NCBI GenBank assembly: GCA_965198065.1
Contig: CBDAON010000004.1
Location: 384,001 to 448,000, forward strand
Direction: 5' to 3'
DNA: 64,000 nucleotides
Source: Longimicrobiales bacterium
GTDB taxonomy: Bacteria; Gemmatimonadota; Gemmatimonadetes; Longimicrobiales; Gaopeijiaceae
Shown: one piece after another, positions 9,412-19,951 of the stretch
How the letters are laid out: each line of letters begins with the position of its first letter
How positions within the stretch are numbered: position 1 is the stretch's first letter
Position numbers and translations under genes: made by a program
Notes under the pieces: generated by a model
Told to the model about the DNA's origin: nothing
The model's input: only the letters and a program-made list of their open reading frames with translations
Database searches by the model: none

Positions 9412-10590
9412 ATGGATAATGTGATTCGATCTCCCGTCAAGCGCCGCCTAGGCAAGCCCAAGGGCCGCCATCCCCACAAGCGGCTCTCGACCGCCTTCGT
9501 GCGCTCGGCACCGCCCGGCAGGCACTGCGATGGCAACGGTCTCTACCTTTACGTCCAGAAGACCGGAACCCGGAGTTGGATTCAGCGGCTCGTGATCCGG
9601 GGCCGCAAGCGCGAGCTCGGACTCGGCAACGCCCAACTGGTCTTGCTCGCCGAGGCGCGGGAGCAGGCGCTGGCCAACCGCAAGCTTGCCCGCGCGGGCG
9701 GCGATCCGCTGGCCGAGAAGCGGCGTTCGGCGGGCATTCCCACCTTCGCCGAGGCCGCTAAGCGCGTCATCGAGCAGAAGAGCGCCGGATGGCGCAACGC
9801 GGCGGTGCCGAGGAACTGGTATCGCAGCTTCGAGATTCACGTCTTCCCAAGGATCGGGAGGGTGCCGGTCTCCGAGATGACGAGCGCCGACGTGCTCGAG
9901 ATCCTCACACCCATCTGGCACGCGAACCCGCCGACGGCCCGGATCGTTCGCCACCGCATCCGCGCCGTGCTGGAATGGGCCATCGCCATGGACTGGAGAA
10001 CGGACAACCCGTGCGACCGGCTCCTGCCGGTGCTCGGCTCCCAGCAACATGTCGTCAGACACCGGAAGGCCCTGCCTCACCGCGAGGTGGGGGCGGCCAT
10101 CGAGAAGGTCCGGGCGGCGAAGGCGGGCAAGGTGGACGCGCTGGCGTTCGAGTTCATGGTGCTCACGGCGGCGCGGGGCGTCGAGGTCCGCGGGGCGGTA
10201 TGGAGCGAGATCGACCGGGAGGAGCGCGTCTGGACGGTCCCCGCGAGCCGGATGAAGAGCCTGCGCGCGCACCGTGTGCCGCTGTGCGGCCGCGCGCTGG
10301 AGATTCTCGACGCGGCGCGGAAGCTGGGCGGCGGCGGGAGTCCGATCGTGTTCGTCGGCAAGCGCGGCAGAGAGGTGGGCGGCGAGCAGATGGGCCGGCT
10401 GCTCAGGAAGCACGGGATCGCGGCGGTGCCGCATGGGTTCAGGTCGTCGTTCAGAGACTGGGCCGCCGAAGAGACGGACCACCCCCGCGAAGTCGTCGAG
10501 GCGGCCCTGGCCCATGTAGTCCGGAACCCGGTCGAGGCCGCCTACATGCGCTCCGACCTGTTCGAGCGCCGCCGTCGGCTCATGGACGTG
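9412..10590 (+). pseudogene. P4-like tyrosine integrase with Arm-binding domain, lacking its last residues and stop
   Basis: DGNGLYLYV...SWIQR...ELGLG; catalytic TAARGVE, HGFRSSFRDW, LAH, AYMRSDLFERRRRLMD; then reads into antisense of the next gene. Confidence 0.9.
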
Positions 10591-11422
10591 GCCGCTCACG
10601 CCGTCAGTCGTCGCCGTGATGGTGGCCGACCCGTTGGCCACCGCAGTGACGAGCCCGGTGGCGCTTACGGTCGCCACGTTCACGTCCGACGAGGACCACG
10701 AAAAGACCTGTTCGGCGAGGATCTCGCTTCCATTGTCGTCCACGGCCCTGGCCACGATGGACGCTGTGCCACCGAGGCTGGTCAGCGTCAGCGCGTCCGG
10801 GGCAAGCGTGACCGCTATGACAACTTGCTCGACCGTTACAGAGGCACTCCCGGAGGACGGACCCGATCTGGCAGTGATGGTGGCCGAACCGTTGCCGACC
10901 GACGTCACGAGTCCTGTGGACGAAACCGTTGCGATCGCTTCGGCCGACGACCCCCACGTTACGACGGCACCAGCCATCGCCGTCCCGCTGGCGTCCGTGA
11001 CCGCAGCCGTGAGGCGCACCGTTTCGCCCAGGGAGGCGAACGCGACCGAGGTGGACGAAATCTCGAGGGACACGGCTACCTGCTCAACCGTGATCAGGAC
11101 ATTACCCGAGGCCGAGCCCGATCCGGCGGTGATCGTCGCAATACCGTTGCCGACCGACGTCACCAGTCCCGTGGACGAAACCGTTGCGATCGCTTCGGCC
11201 GACGACCCCCCACGTTACGGGAACACCCGTCATGGTCACCCCAATCTGATCCTTCACGCTGGCCGTCAGCTGCTGGCTGGCACCCACCGAGTTGAAGCTC
11301 AACGTGGAAGGCGACAGGTTCACCGCGGTAGCGACGGGAGGCACATCGGCCAGTCCGGTCAGTATGTCGCAAGAGGCTGTGAACAAGGACAGAACAGTGA
11401 GCGTGCAGAGGCGAGCGGACAT
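10590..11422 (-). pseudogene. Ig-like (BIG2) repeat lipoprotein, frameshifted and 3'-truncated
   Basis: Lipobox FTASC; three VTWxSS..IATVSSTGLVTSVGNG.ATITA repeats; C6 at 11206-11211 versus C5 in the paralogous repeat at 10951. Confidence 0.85.
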
Positions 11423-11770
11423 GTGGAGCCCTCTCGACTGGACGGGTAATCCCTCTCGGTCCAATCCGCGGGGAGGACGGCGGGTCTCTGGGAAGACAGG
11501 ATGCATCAGGGTCACGATCCGTACAAGCTTGAAGCACGCCATCTCGGCGGCGGCTAGGAAACTGAGGGAGTGCGTCGTTAGGGGACGTCCTCCCACGCTT
11601 ACGCCCGATGTGGTAGCGAGTGAGGTTGGACGGAGGCACTTAAAGGGTGCCGCAGCCGCGAACCCGCCTTGTTAAGCGAAGACGACTTCCGCTCGATCAC
11701 GACTTCTGGTTGGATCGTAAGCGTTGGGTAATCCATTGATCCCGGCGGATGCCGAGTGTGGTTGTTGAAG

Positions 11771-11854
11771 TGCCGGGGCTGGGATTCGAACCCAGAAGGG
11801 GTTGCCCCCGGGGGATTTTAAGTCCCCTGCGGTTGCCGATTTCGCCACCCCGGC
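11771..11854 (-). tRNA. tRNA-Leu (anticodon TAA), CCA not encoded
   Basis: GCCGGGG/CCCCGGC acceptor stem; GGGGA-CTTAAAA-TCCCC anticodon arm; long variable arm; GGTTCGAATCC T loop; discriminator A. Confidence 0.97.
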
Positions 11855-12198
11855 GAACACACCGTACTGTAACGACTTACGGCCCCTCGCGCTGGGCGCA
11901 CCGAACGCTCTGGGCGACGAGCCGGGTGACAAACGGGCGTCAGGAAGGTCCAGTGCGTTTCCATTCTACCCTCCCTGCGCGCGCTGGCGGAAGGGCATGA
12001 TCTTCGGCTAGCCGTGCTCGGCCGCGGCGCTCCGCACGTGCGACCGGGCAAGCGTTACGGGGGCCCCTTCTCAAGGGTGCGAGCTGTTTGACCGCGATCC
12101 TGCGTGGGCGTACTCTGCGCCTTCTCCGAGAGTCCTGGGTGGAATCGGGGGATCTCTGGTTCCACAGCCCAAGAACGAAGACATGCAAGGAGCCGTCC

Positions 12199-12452
12199 AT
12201 GAGATCCCATTTCACGCGCGTCATGCGCTGGCCGTTCGCGTTCCCGGTCGCGGCCATGCTTCTCATTGGGCGGTTGCCGGGACGCCGGCATCGCAGCACC
12301 TGAGTCGGCTGCCCTGGCCGTGCCCGAAGCTTTGCCGCTGGCCGACAAAGTCCCGCAGATCACCATCACGGACCTGGGCACGCTCGGCGGGTCCACATCC
12401 ACCGCCAACGCCATCAGTGACCGGGGCCAGGTGGTGGGATCGAGCCGGCTGG
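12199..12452 (+). pseudogene. HAF-repeat extracellular lipoprotein fragment
   Basis: AAGGAG SD; frameshift near 12268 in lipobox LLIGGC; ITDLGTLGGSTSTANAISDRGQVVGSS then abrupt end. Confidence 0.8.
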
Positions 12453-12559
12453 CGGTCTACAAAAGCGTCAGAGATCAGCTCGTCGAGCACTGAAAGTTCC
12501 TTCTTGCCAATGACCTCGTTCATAAACCTCTGATACGCCCTCTTGTTCTGCTCCGACAC
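12452..12559 (-). pseudogene. SnoaL-like ester cyclase N-terminal fragment
   Basis: MSEQNKRAYQRFMNEVIGKKELSVLDELISDAFVD then abrupt end. Confidence 0.75.
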
Positions 12560-12796
12560 GGTCTGCCTCTTGACTTAGGCTTGGGCGAATCACTTGCTAG
12601 GAGCGCAAATCAATAGGCGCCCAGTTTCTGGCCCGCAAGATCACCCGGAGACGGAGAGGGGTCACCGCACAATTTCGCTCGCTGACCCGCAACACGTGGC
12701 TCCGCCGCAACACGCAGGAGACCCCTGGAGAGACCCCCCAGGAACTGACCGGGCCTCCGCGGCCCAGGGTTGACTCCGACACCCAGTCCAAACTAG

Positions 12797-12834
12797 TTTA
12801 GTCAATCCTAATCTCATAATTAGGTTGGGCTAAA
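12797..12834. promoter_or_regulatory. Paired DtxR/MntR-type operator boxes over a probable leaderless promoter
   Basis: TTTAGTCAATCCTAAT-6nt-ATTAGGTTGGGCTAAA imperfect inverted pair ending on the ATG; TAGGTT 7 nt upstream of ATG; no SD. Confidence 0.75.
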
Positions 12835-13520
12835 TGACAGTGCTGTCCCAGTCCGTAGAGGACTATCTCAAGACCATTTATGGCCTGGCGCGCTCGGGGG
12901 AATCGGTGCAGACGGGTGCTCTCGCCGAGGCATTGGCGGTTGCACCAGCTTCAGTGAGTGGAATGGTCCGGCGGCTTGCCGATGCTGGATTGGTGGAACG
13001 TGCCGCCTATCGTGGCGTCAGGTTGACCGATAAAGGGCGCCGAGCAGCGCTCCGGGTCGTTCGGCGGCACCGGATCCTTGAGACCTACCTTGCCCAGGAG
13101 CTCGGGTGGGACTGGGACATCGTGCATGAGGAGGCCGAACGCCTCGAGCATGCGGCCTCCGACAAGTTGATCGAGCGGATGGCTGAGGCGCTGGATAATC
13201 CGAAATACGATCCCCATGGCGCGCCGATCCCAACCGTGCATGGGGAAGTGGAACGACAGGAGTTGGTGCCGATGACGGAGGTCGCTGTGGGGACACTTGG
13301 GGAGGTCCGACTGGTCAGCGACGATGATCCGAGTCGGCTCCGTTACATCGCGTCGCTCGGGTTCCGGGTCGGCGTGCGATTCGAGGTGTTAGAAGCGACG
13401 CCCTTCCGTGGACCGGTCACGATACGGCGTGTGGATGCTGGCGCTCGACCGCAAGTGATTGGGTTTGGGTTGGCGCAGTCGCTCTTGGCTTTGCCCTTGG
13501 GGCAGGAGGTGGCGGTATGA
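12834..13520 (+). CDS. mntR: DtxR/MntR-family metal-dependent repressor with FeoA-like C-terminal domain
   Basis: SVEDYLKTIY, RRHRILETYL, HEEAERLEH, DPHGAPIP. Confidence 0.95.
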   Translation: MTVLSQSVEDYLKTIYGLARSGESVQTGALAEALAVAPASVSGMVRRLADAGLVERAAYRGVRLTDKGRRAALRVVRRHRILETYLAQELGWDWDIVHEEAERLEHAASDKLIERMAEALDNPKYDPHGAPIPTVHGEVERQELVPMTEVAVGTLGEVRLVSDDDPSRLRYIASLGFRVGVRFEVLEATPFRGPVTIRRVDAGARPQVIGFGLAQSLLALPLGQEVAV

Positions 13521-14524
13521 ACGACGGTCGAATTTCGCGGCGCACGCTCCTCACCCGGGGCGCACTGGGTGCCGCCGGAGTCGTGGTGGGAAGCCGAGCG
13601 CTGAACGCCACTGAGGAACGACATCTTCCGATGACGAGCTCTTACGATCCTTCGCTGCCACTCATCAACGGCAAGGTCAGTGACTCGTCAATCGATCCGA
13701 TGGCCTTCCTCGAGCACTTCGATTACGGCAAGGCGTCGCAGTTGCCTGACGGCAGGACCCTTCGCGAGTACCAACTCACGGTGGTCGACCGCGAGATCGA
13801 GGTGGCGCCGGGGGTGAGATACGCGGCCTGGACCTTCAATGGCCAGGTGCCTGGGCCGACAATTCGTGCGTCTGAAGGCGATGTAATGCGGATACGGTTC
13901 TCGAATGCGGGAAGCCATCCCCACACCGCCCACTTCCACGGCATTCATGCGGCTGACATGGACGGGGTGTACGAAGTGATTCAACCGGGCGAGAGCTACA
14001 CCTACGAGTTCACCGCAGCGCCCGTCGGCCTCCATCTATACCACTGCCACGCTTTCCCTCTCAAGCGACACCTCGCGAAGGGCTTGTACGGGACGTTCAT
14101 CGTCGACCCCCGTACGGCACGGCCTCCTGCGCGAGAGATGGTGATGGTTATGAACGGTTTCGACACGAACTTCGACGGCTCGAACGAGACCTACGCCGTC
14201 AATACCGTGCCGTTCGCCTACCATTCCGATCCGATCCCGGTACGAAAGGGTGAACTCCAGCGGCTATACATGGTCAACGCTCTCGAGTTTGACCTGATCA
14301 ACTCGATGCATCTTCACGGCAACTTCTTCAACGTCTTCCGGACTGGAGCGCAGGCCCCATCCGAGTTCACTGACACGCTGATGTTCTGTCAGGGAGAGCG
14401 ACACATACTGGAGTTCACGTACGAGTACGCAGGAAAGTTCATGTTCCATGCTCACCAGTCGGAATTCGCCGAGCTAGGCTGGATGGGCGTCTTCAACGTG
14501 ACGGAGCAAGCGGTAGCGGAATGA
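13517..14524 (+). CDS. Tat-exported two-domain multicopper oxidase (type C: type-1 Cu in domain 1)
   Basis: SRRTLL signal; HTAHFHG, YHCHAFPLKRH in domain 1; NSMHLHG, FHAH in domain 2. Confidence 0.9.
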   Translation: MNDGRISRRTLLTRGALGAAGVVVGSRALNATEERHLPMTSSYDPSLPLINGKVSDSSIDPMAFLEHFDYGKASQLPDGRTLREYQLTVVDREIEVAPGVRYAAWTFNGQVPGPTIRASEGDVMRIRFSNAGSHPHTAHFHGIHAADMDGVYEVIQPGESYTYEFTAAPVGLHLYHCHAFPLKRHLAKGLYGTFIVDPRTARPPAREMVMVMNGFDTNFDGSNETYAVNTVPFAYHSDPIPVRKGELQRLYMVNALEFDLINSMHLHGNFFNVFRTGAQAPSEFTDTLMFCQGERHILEFTYEYAGKFMFHAHQSEFAELGWMGVFNVTEQAVAE

Positions 14525-15672
14525 CCGGACGCCGCTGGATCTGGGGAGTCCTTCCCCTGGCGCTTCTCGCCGGGCTGGTGGTCGTGGTAACCCAGACGGG
14601 GTTGCTCGAGCGCCTACGCGGGACCTTTCCGCCGGTGGAAGACCTCACCGTCGAGCGCGTGTCACTTGCACCGGGGTCGATCACCCTCGCCGTCGTCAAC
14701 GGCGGACCAGAACCGGTGACGATCGCTCAAGTAACCGTGGATGAGGCATTTCGGCAGTTCGAGATGACCCCCTCGACCACCCTGAATCGCCTTGGGCGAG
14801 CCACAATCGTGATCCCTTACGCCTGGGTCCAGGATGAGGCTCACCTGGTCACGCTGCTGACTTCGACGGGGCTCACTTTTGAGCACGAGATCGCGCTCGC
14901 GGTAGAGACGCCGACAGCCGACGCCGGGAGTCTGGGCCTGCTCACGATGATTGGCATCTACGTCGGCGTTCTTCCGGTGGCCATCGGGCTGCTCTTCTTG
15001 CCACTGATCAGCCGGCTTTCGCGGGGGCGCTTCGAGGCCATGCTCGCACTGACGACAGGGTTGCTGATCTTTATCGGCGTCGAGGCCCTCTTCGAGGCCC
15101 TGGAGACGGCGGGCGAGGTGCCGGCTGCCTTCCAAGGCACTGCGCTGGTCTTGTTAGGGTCTCTGGGCACGTTCCTGGTGCTCCAGCTCGCCGCCGGCGC
15201 GCGCACTGTCCAGGTCGGGGCCGATGGACGTCGAGCGGTGGGGTGGTTCATCGCGCTCAGTGTGGGGCTGCATAACCTGGGCGAAGGCCTCGCGGTGGGT
15301 GCGGCCTACGCCATCGGCGAAGCCGCGCTGACCGCGTTTCTTGTGACCGGGTTCATGATCCATAACACTACTGAGGGACTCGCCATTGTCGCACCGATTG
15401 CGAAGGACAGACCCCGGATTGCGACCTTAGCCGGAATGGGCGCGCTGGCCGGCGTCCCGACGATCGTCGGCTCCTGGATCGGTGGCCTCGCCTTCACCCC
15501 GACTCTAGCGACGGTCTTCCTTGCGGTCGGTGTCGGAGCGATCGCGCAGGTCGTAGTGCTCCTCTTCCGGATGTTCAGTCAAGGTGCGGAGGGGGTATGG
15601 CGACCGGCAATCGCGGGCGGCGTGCTCGCGGGGCTGGCGATCATGTATGTGACCGGGCTTCTGGTCGGGTAG
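14521..15672 (+). CDS. ZIP-family divalent metal transporter with N-terminal extracytoplasmic domain
   Basis: HNLGEG and HNTTEG motifs; multiple TM helices; ATGA overlap with the oxidase gene. Confidence 0.9.
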   Translation: MTGRRWIWGVLPLALLAGLVVVVTQTGLLERLRGTFPPVEDLTVERVSLAPGSITLAVVNGGPEPVTIAQVTVDEAFRQFEMTPSTTLNRLGRATIVIPYAWVQDEAHLVTLLTSTGLTFEHEIALAVETPTADAGSLGLLTMIGIYVGVLPVAIGLLFLPLISRLSRGRFEAMLALTTGLLIFIGVEALFEALETAGEVPAAFQGTALVLLGSLGTFLVLQLAAGARTVQVGADGRRAVGWFIALSVGLHNLGEGLAVGAAYAIGEAALTAFLVTGFMIHNTTEGLAIVAPIAKDRPRIATLAGMGALAGVPTIVGSWIGGLAFTPTLATVFLAVGVGAIAQVVVLLFRMFSQGAEGVWRPAIAGGVLAGLAIMYVTGLLVG

Positions 15673-15793
15673 AGCGAGCTGAGGCGGAGATCTCACCCTG
15701 AGCCGCCTTGAGGCGAGCCTCCCGCCTCCGCTCGCTGCAAGCGACGTCGGTCGTGGAAGCGGGCCTGCCGATCGGGGAACGGTAGAGGTCGCG

Positions 15794-16572
15794 ATGCAGC
15801 GCTATCACACCGGGGCGTTCTTGCCCCTGAGCGCATGGGCCGTGTCGCTCGCGCTCGTCACCGGCTGCGCCTCGGACTCCGGCGGGGGCACCGAGGACGT
15901 GACGGGCCCCGACACTGGCCCTGACACCGGCCCGGGCACAGGCCAGCTCATCGTGCACGTGGAAGAGTTCCTTGGTTCCCTGGTCGGGAGAGACCTGGAG
16001 GACCGCGAGTTGGAGCACGTCTACGCCCTTGAACACCTCGGCGGGCCCAAGCTCTTCCGGCTTCCCCTGGCGCCGAGCAGCTACGCCTACCGCCCCATTC
16101 CCGCAGGTGGCGAGGAGCTGAGCCTCGTCGTGCACGACGGCGTGGCCTACTGGCACGATCAAGCTACGTTCTACTGGTGGCCCGTTTCGGGCGGGGACAT
16201 CGAGTCCGTGTCCGTGGGCTCCTACATCATCCAGAACGTACCTCTACCGGCGCCTCCGTACATCTACTTCGACGAGTTCATCACGGATCGCCTTTACCGG
16301 ATCCGCATGGCCGGGGGGACGCCCGAGGAGGTTGACGTCTTTCCTCTCGGTGGGAACCGGGGACTCGCCAGGGACGCCAATAACCTCTACTGGATCGGGG
16401 CCACGGATGGCTCGTACCTGAAAACGCAACCCGTGAGCGGCGGGGCCCTGCTTTCGGGCGCTGCCTTCCTCCCCCACAAGCTGAAGGCCGTCCCTGCCGA
16501 AGGCGGCACGACCACCCTGTACTGGCTAGACACCGCCACCAACGGAAACCCAGTGGTCCGGAAGTTCCCGGT
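15794..16572 (+). pseudogene. Lipoprotein with beta-propeller-like repeats, 3'-truncated
   Basis: Lipobox LVTGC; repeated YW...PVSGG units; no own stop, frame runs into antisense of korB. Confidence 0.6.
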
Positions 16573-16628
16573 CACCGCCATGATATCCTCCTCCTGCGTG
16601 TCAGACCGACAGGCGGGTCACCCCCCGT

Positions 16629-17543
16629 TCACATCATCCGAGCGATCAGCGGCCGCGCTTGTTCGTCGCTCAAGCCCAGCGGACGGTGCGCCAGAGGCGG
16701 CGCGTTCTCGAGGATCGGCTCCATGGCGTCCAGAGTGGGCCGCTCGGTCTGGAAGAAGAGACCGGTGTAGATAGTGTCTCCCCACTCCATGGCCCGCTCG
16801 CAGGCGCTCTTCCAGTCCTGGGGATCGTGACCCTCGTCCTCCAGCTTCTTCAGGCGCCGCTTGAAGAACGCGTAGTCGTTATCGAGGTTGAACGTGACAC
16901 AGGGGCTGAAGACGTCGATCAGGGAGAACCCTCGGTGTTCGATGCCGCGCTTCATCAGCGTCGTGAGCTGCTTGGGATCGCCGCTGTAGCCGCGGGCCAC
17001 GTAGGTGGCGCCGTTCATGATCGAAGAGGTGAGCGGGTTCAGGGGCCACTCCACGCTCCCCTGCGGCGTGCTCTTGGTCTTCATATCCATCCGGCTGGTG
17101 GGAGAGACCTGGCCGGTGGTGAGACCGTAGATCTGATTGTCCATCACGATATAGGTGAGGTCGATATTGCGGCGGGCGGTGTGGGTGAGGTGATTGCCGC
17201 CGATGCCGAAGCCGTCGCCGTCCCCGCCCGTGATAATCACCGTGAGCTCGTGGTTCGCGAGCTTGGCTCCCGTGGCCACCGGGAGAGACCGGCCGTGCAG
17301 CGTATGCATGCCGTAGGCGTTGACGTAGCCGGGAAGGTTCGACGAGCAACCGATGCCACTCACCAGGAGCATCTGGTGCGGCTTTAGGCCGAGCTCGAAG
17401 CAGGCGCGCCGCAGGGCGTTCAGCACCCCGAAGTCTCCACAGCCGGGGCACCAGTCGGGCTCCACCCGGCCCTTGAAGTCCTTGGGAGAGGCGGGGGTCC
17501 GGGGCAGCTGCGCGGTGGGCGGACTCAGAGTCGCCTGGCTCAT
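16629..17543 (-). CDS. korB: 2-oxoacid:ferredoxin oxidoreductase beta subunit
   Basis: DWCPGCGDFG, SGIGCSS, GGDGDG, YGLTTGQVSPT, SPCVTFN. Confidence 0.95.
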   Translation of the reverse strand: MSQATLSPPTAQLPRTPASPKDFKGRVEPDWCPGCGDFGVLNALRRACFELGLKPHQMLLVSGIGCSSNLPGYVNAYGMHTLHGRSLPVATGAKLANHELTVIITGGDGDGFGIGGNHLTHTARRNIDLTYIVMDNQIYGLTTGQVSPTSRMDMKTKSTPQGSVEWPLNPLTSSIMNGATYVARGYSGDPKQLTTLMKRGIEHRGFSLIDVFSPCVTFNLDNDYAFFKRRLKKLEDEGHDPQDWKSACERAMEWGDTIYTGLFFQTERPTLDAMEPILENAPPLAHRPLGLSDEQARPLIARMM

Positions 17544-19321
17544 ACCATGATCTCCTGGGTGGGTACGAAGAGGGCGGTCTCGCCCTGCAGGATCTCGAGC
17601 ACGCCCTCCGCGACGTGATGCGGCATGAAGGGCTCCCCGTCGTACTTGCGGATGTGGGCGTGCGCTGCGATGCCGGTCTCGCTACGCAGATAGCGGGCGA
17701 ATTGCCCGCTGTAGTTGTTCTCCACGATGATGATTCGCTTCGCGGCCGTGAGCGCCGCGGTGACGGCATCGGCGTGGAGCGGAACGATCCACTTGATGGG
17801 CAGGTGATTGCCGCTAACACCCTGCTCCGCAAGTAGTTCGAGCGCCTCCTTGATCACGCCGTAGGTCGATCCCCAGCCGACCAGCGTCACGTCCGCGTCT
17901 TTCGGGCCCTCGACTGAGGGAGCCGGCACGTCGGCGGCGACGGTGCGGAACTTCCGGGCACGCTTTTCCACCATCTGCCGCCGTTTGAGCGGATTCGTAA
18001 ACTCGTCGCTGATCAGGACACCAGCCTCGTCATGCTCGTCCGTGGCCACGACGTGGACAAATCCCTCTGTTCCCGGCGGCACGCGGGGAGAGATGCCGCT
18101 CTCCGTGTCCGCGAAGCGGTGGTAGTCGCCGTTGGGGGAGGGATCGAGCAGGAGCGCACCGCGATCGATCGTCGGATGGAGGTCGAGGTCCGCGGGGTCC
18201 ACAGTGAAGGTTCCCTCCGAGATGAGCAGATCGGAGATGATAATGCCTGGACACTGGGCTCGGTCCACCAGGTTGAACAGCTCCGGCACCGTGTTGTACG
18301 CGTCCAGGGCGTTCTTCGGCGTCACGATAAAGCGCTCGAAGTCCCCCTGGCTCGCTCCCAGCGCCTGCCAGAGGTCGCCCTGCTCGGTCTTGGTGGGCAC
18401 GCCCGTGGATGGGCCGGCACGCTGAACGTTGATGAAGACGACGGGCACCTCCATCATGGCCGCGCTTCCCAGCGCTTCGGTCATGAGGGCGAAGCCGCCC
18501 CCAGACGTGGCGCACATGGCACGGACGCCGGTATGCGCCGCGCCGATGGTCATGTTGGCCACGCCGATCTCGTCCTCGACCTGACGCACCATGATCCCGA
18601 GCGCACGGGCGTTCTTTGCCATCCAGTGTAGCACCCCGGTGGACGGGCTCATTGGATACGCAGCGTAGAACTTGACCCCTGCCGCCGCGCCGCCCATGGC
18701 GAGGGCTTCGTTGCCGGCCCACACAGCGAGTGGCTGCGAGCCCTGGGGTAGGGACACCGGAAAGGGCTCGAAGTTGGCTTCCGCGTGGTCATATCCGGCA
18801 CGCGCCACGGACACGTTCTCCGCGACCACCTCGGCCCCCTTCCTCCCCAGCATCTGCTTCAGCGCCTCATCGAGGGCCCCGAAGTCGATGCCCAATAGGG
18901 ACATGATCACCCCGAGCGACAGGGTGTTCTGGATCAGCTTGTTCTTACTGTTCCCTGAGAGCTCCTTTACAGACAGGGGGCAAAGACGCACCCCATCGCG
19001 TGCCGTTCCCACCTCGATGCCGTCGCTGTTGAAGAGGACGCGCGCGCCGTCTTCCAAGAGCCCCAGGTGGCGGTCCATGGTCGATTGATCGAGACACAGG
19101 AGCAGGTCGATCCGGTCCCCGTGGGTGTACAGTTCCTGGTCGCCAACGCGTAGCGTCAAGAGGATATGGCCGCCCCGGATGATCGACTGATAGGCGTTAT
19201 AGGCATAGAGGTGAAGCCCCCGCCGGGCAAAGATGCGCGCCAGGACATTCCCGGGCGTCGCGATCCCCTGGCCGGCGGCTCCCCCTATCGCAATGGTAAT
19301 ATCGAGACCACTCGTGCTCAT
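17540..19321 (-). CDS. korA: 2-oxoacid:ferredoxin oxidoreductase alpha subunit (gamma-alpha fusion)
   Basis: [60 protein letters not shown]. Confidence 0.95.
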   Translation of the reverse strand: MSTSGLDITIAIGGAAGQGIATPGNVLARIFARRGLHLYAYNAYQSIIRGGHILLTLRVGDQELYTHGDRIDLLLCLDQSTMDRHLGLLEDGARVLFNSDGIEVGTARDGVRLCPLSVKELSGNSKNKLIQNTLSLGVIMSLLGIDFGALDEALKQMLGRKGAEVVAENVSVARAGYDHAEANFEPFPVSLPQGSQPLAVWAGNEALAMGGAAAGVKFYAAYPMSPSTGVLHWMAKNARALGIMVRQVEDEIGVANMTIGAAHTGVRAMCATSGGGFALMTEALGSAAMMEVPVVFINVQRAGPSTGVPTKTEQGDLWQALGASQGDFERFIVTPKNALDAYNTVPELFNLVDRAQCPGIIISDLLISEGTFTVDPADLDLHPTIDRGALLLDPSPNGDYHRFADTESGISPRVPPGTEGFVHVVATDEHDEAGVLISDEFTNPLKRRQMVEKRARKFRTVAADVPAPSVEGPKDADVTLVGWGSTYGVIKEALELLAEQGVSGNHLPIKWIVPLHADAVTAALTAAKRIIIVENNYSGQFARYLRSETGIAAHAHIRKYDGEPFMPHHVAEGVLEILQGETALFVPTQEIMV

Positions 19322-19607
19322 TGCATGGCTCCTCACACCGGTGGGTCGGTTGAGCGCCGATCGGGACGCGTATGGCCCGCCAAATCGACCCGTGAAGAAG
19401 GGCCTGGAGGGACGGCATCCAGAGGCTTTTCGGATGCGAAAGGTAGAGCGCGGGGTTCTTGGGGACCAGGGGGTCCGGGCGGGGGCGTCTGGCGCAGCGA
19501 GCAGAAGCGGAGGGGGTGCGTCGGAGGCCCGCTGGAGCCCGCGTGGCGGAACGGGCTAAGGCGATGTTGGGGGAGCGCGATCCGCCGGATGGCCACGACG
19601 CCGTCTC

Positions 19608-19636
19608 TTGACAGCCGTTCCGGCCCCTGCCAAGAT
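19608..19636 (+). promoter_or_regulatory. Sigma70-type promoter for ferredoxin (near-leaderless)
   Basis: TTGACA-17nt-CAAGAT, ATG 9 nt downstream, no SD. Confidence 0.5.
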
Positions 19637-19645
19637 TTGCCCCTC

Positions 19646-19918
<273 letters not shown>

Positions 19919-19951
19919 CTCGCCGACAACCGCGAGACCAGCACACCGGTT

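Noticed and set aside
9370..11295. 641-aa integrase fusion and 571-aa opposite ORF as real overlapping genes
   Set aside because: Both are read-throughs across the junction near 10590 into antisense sequence
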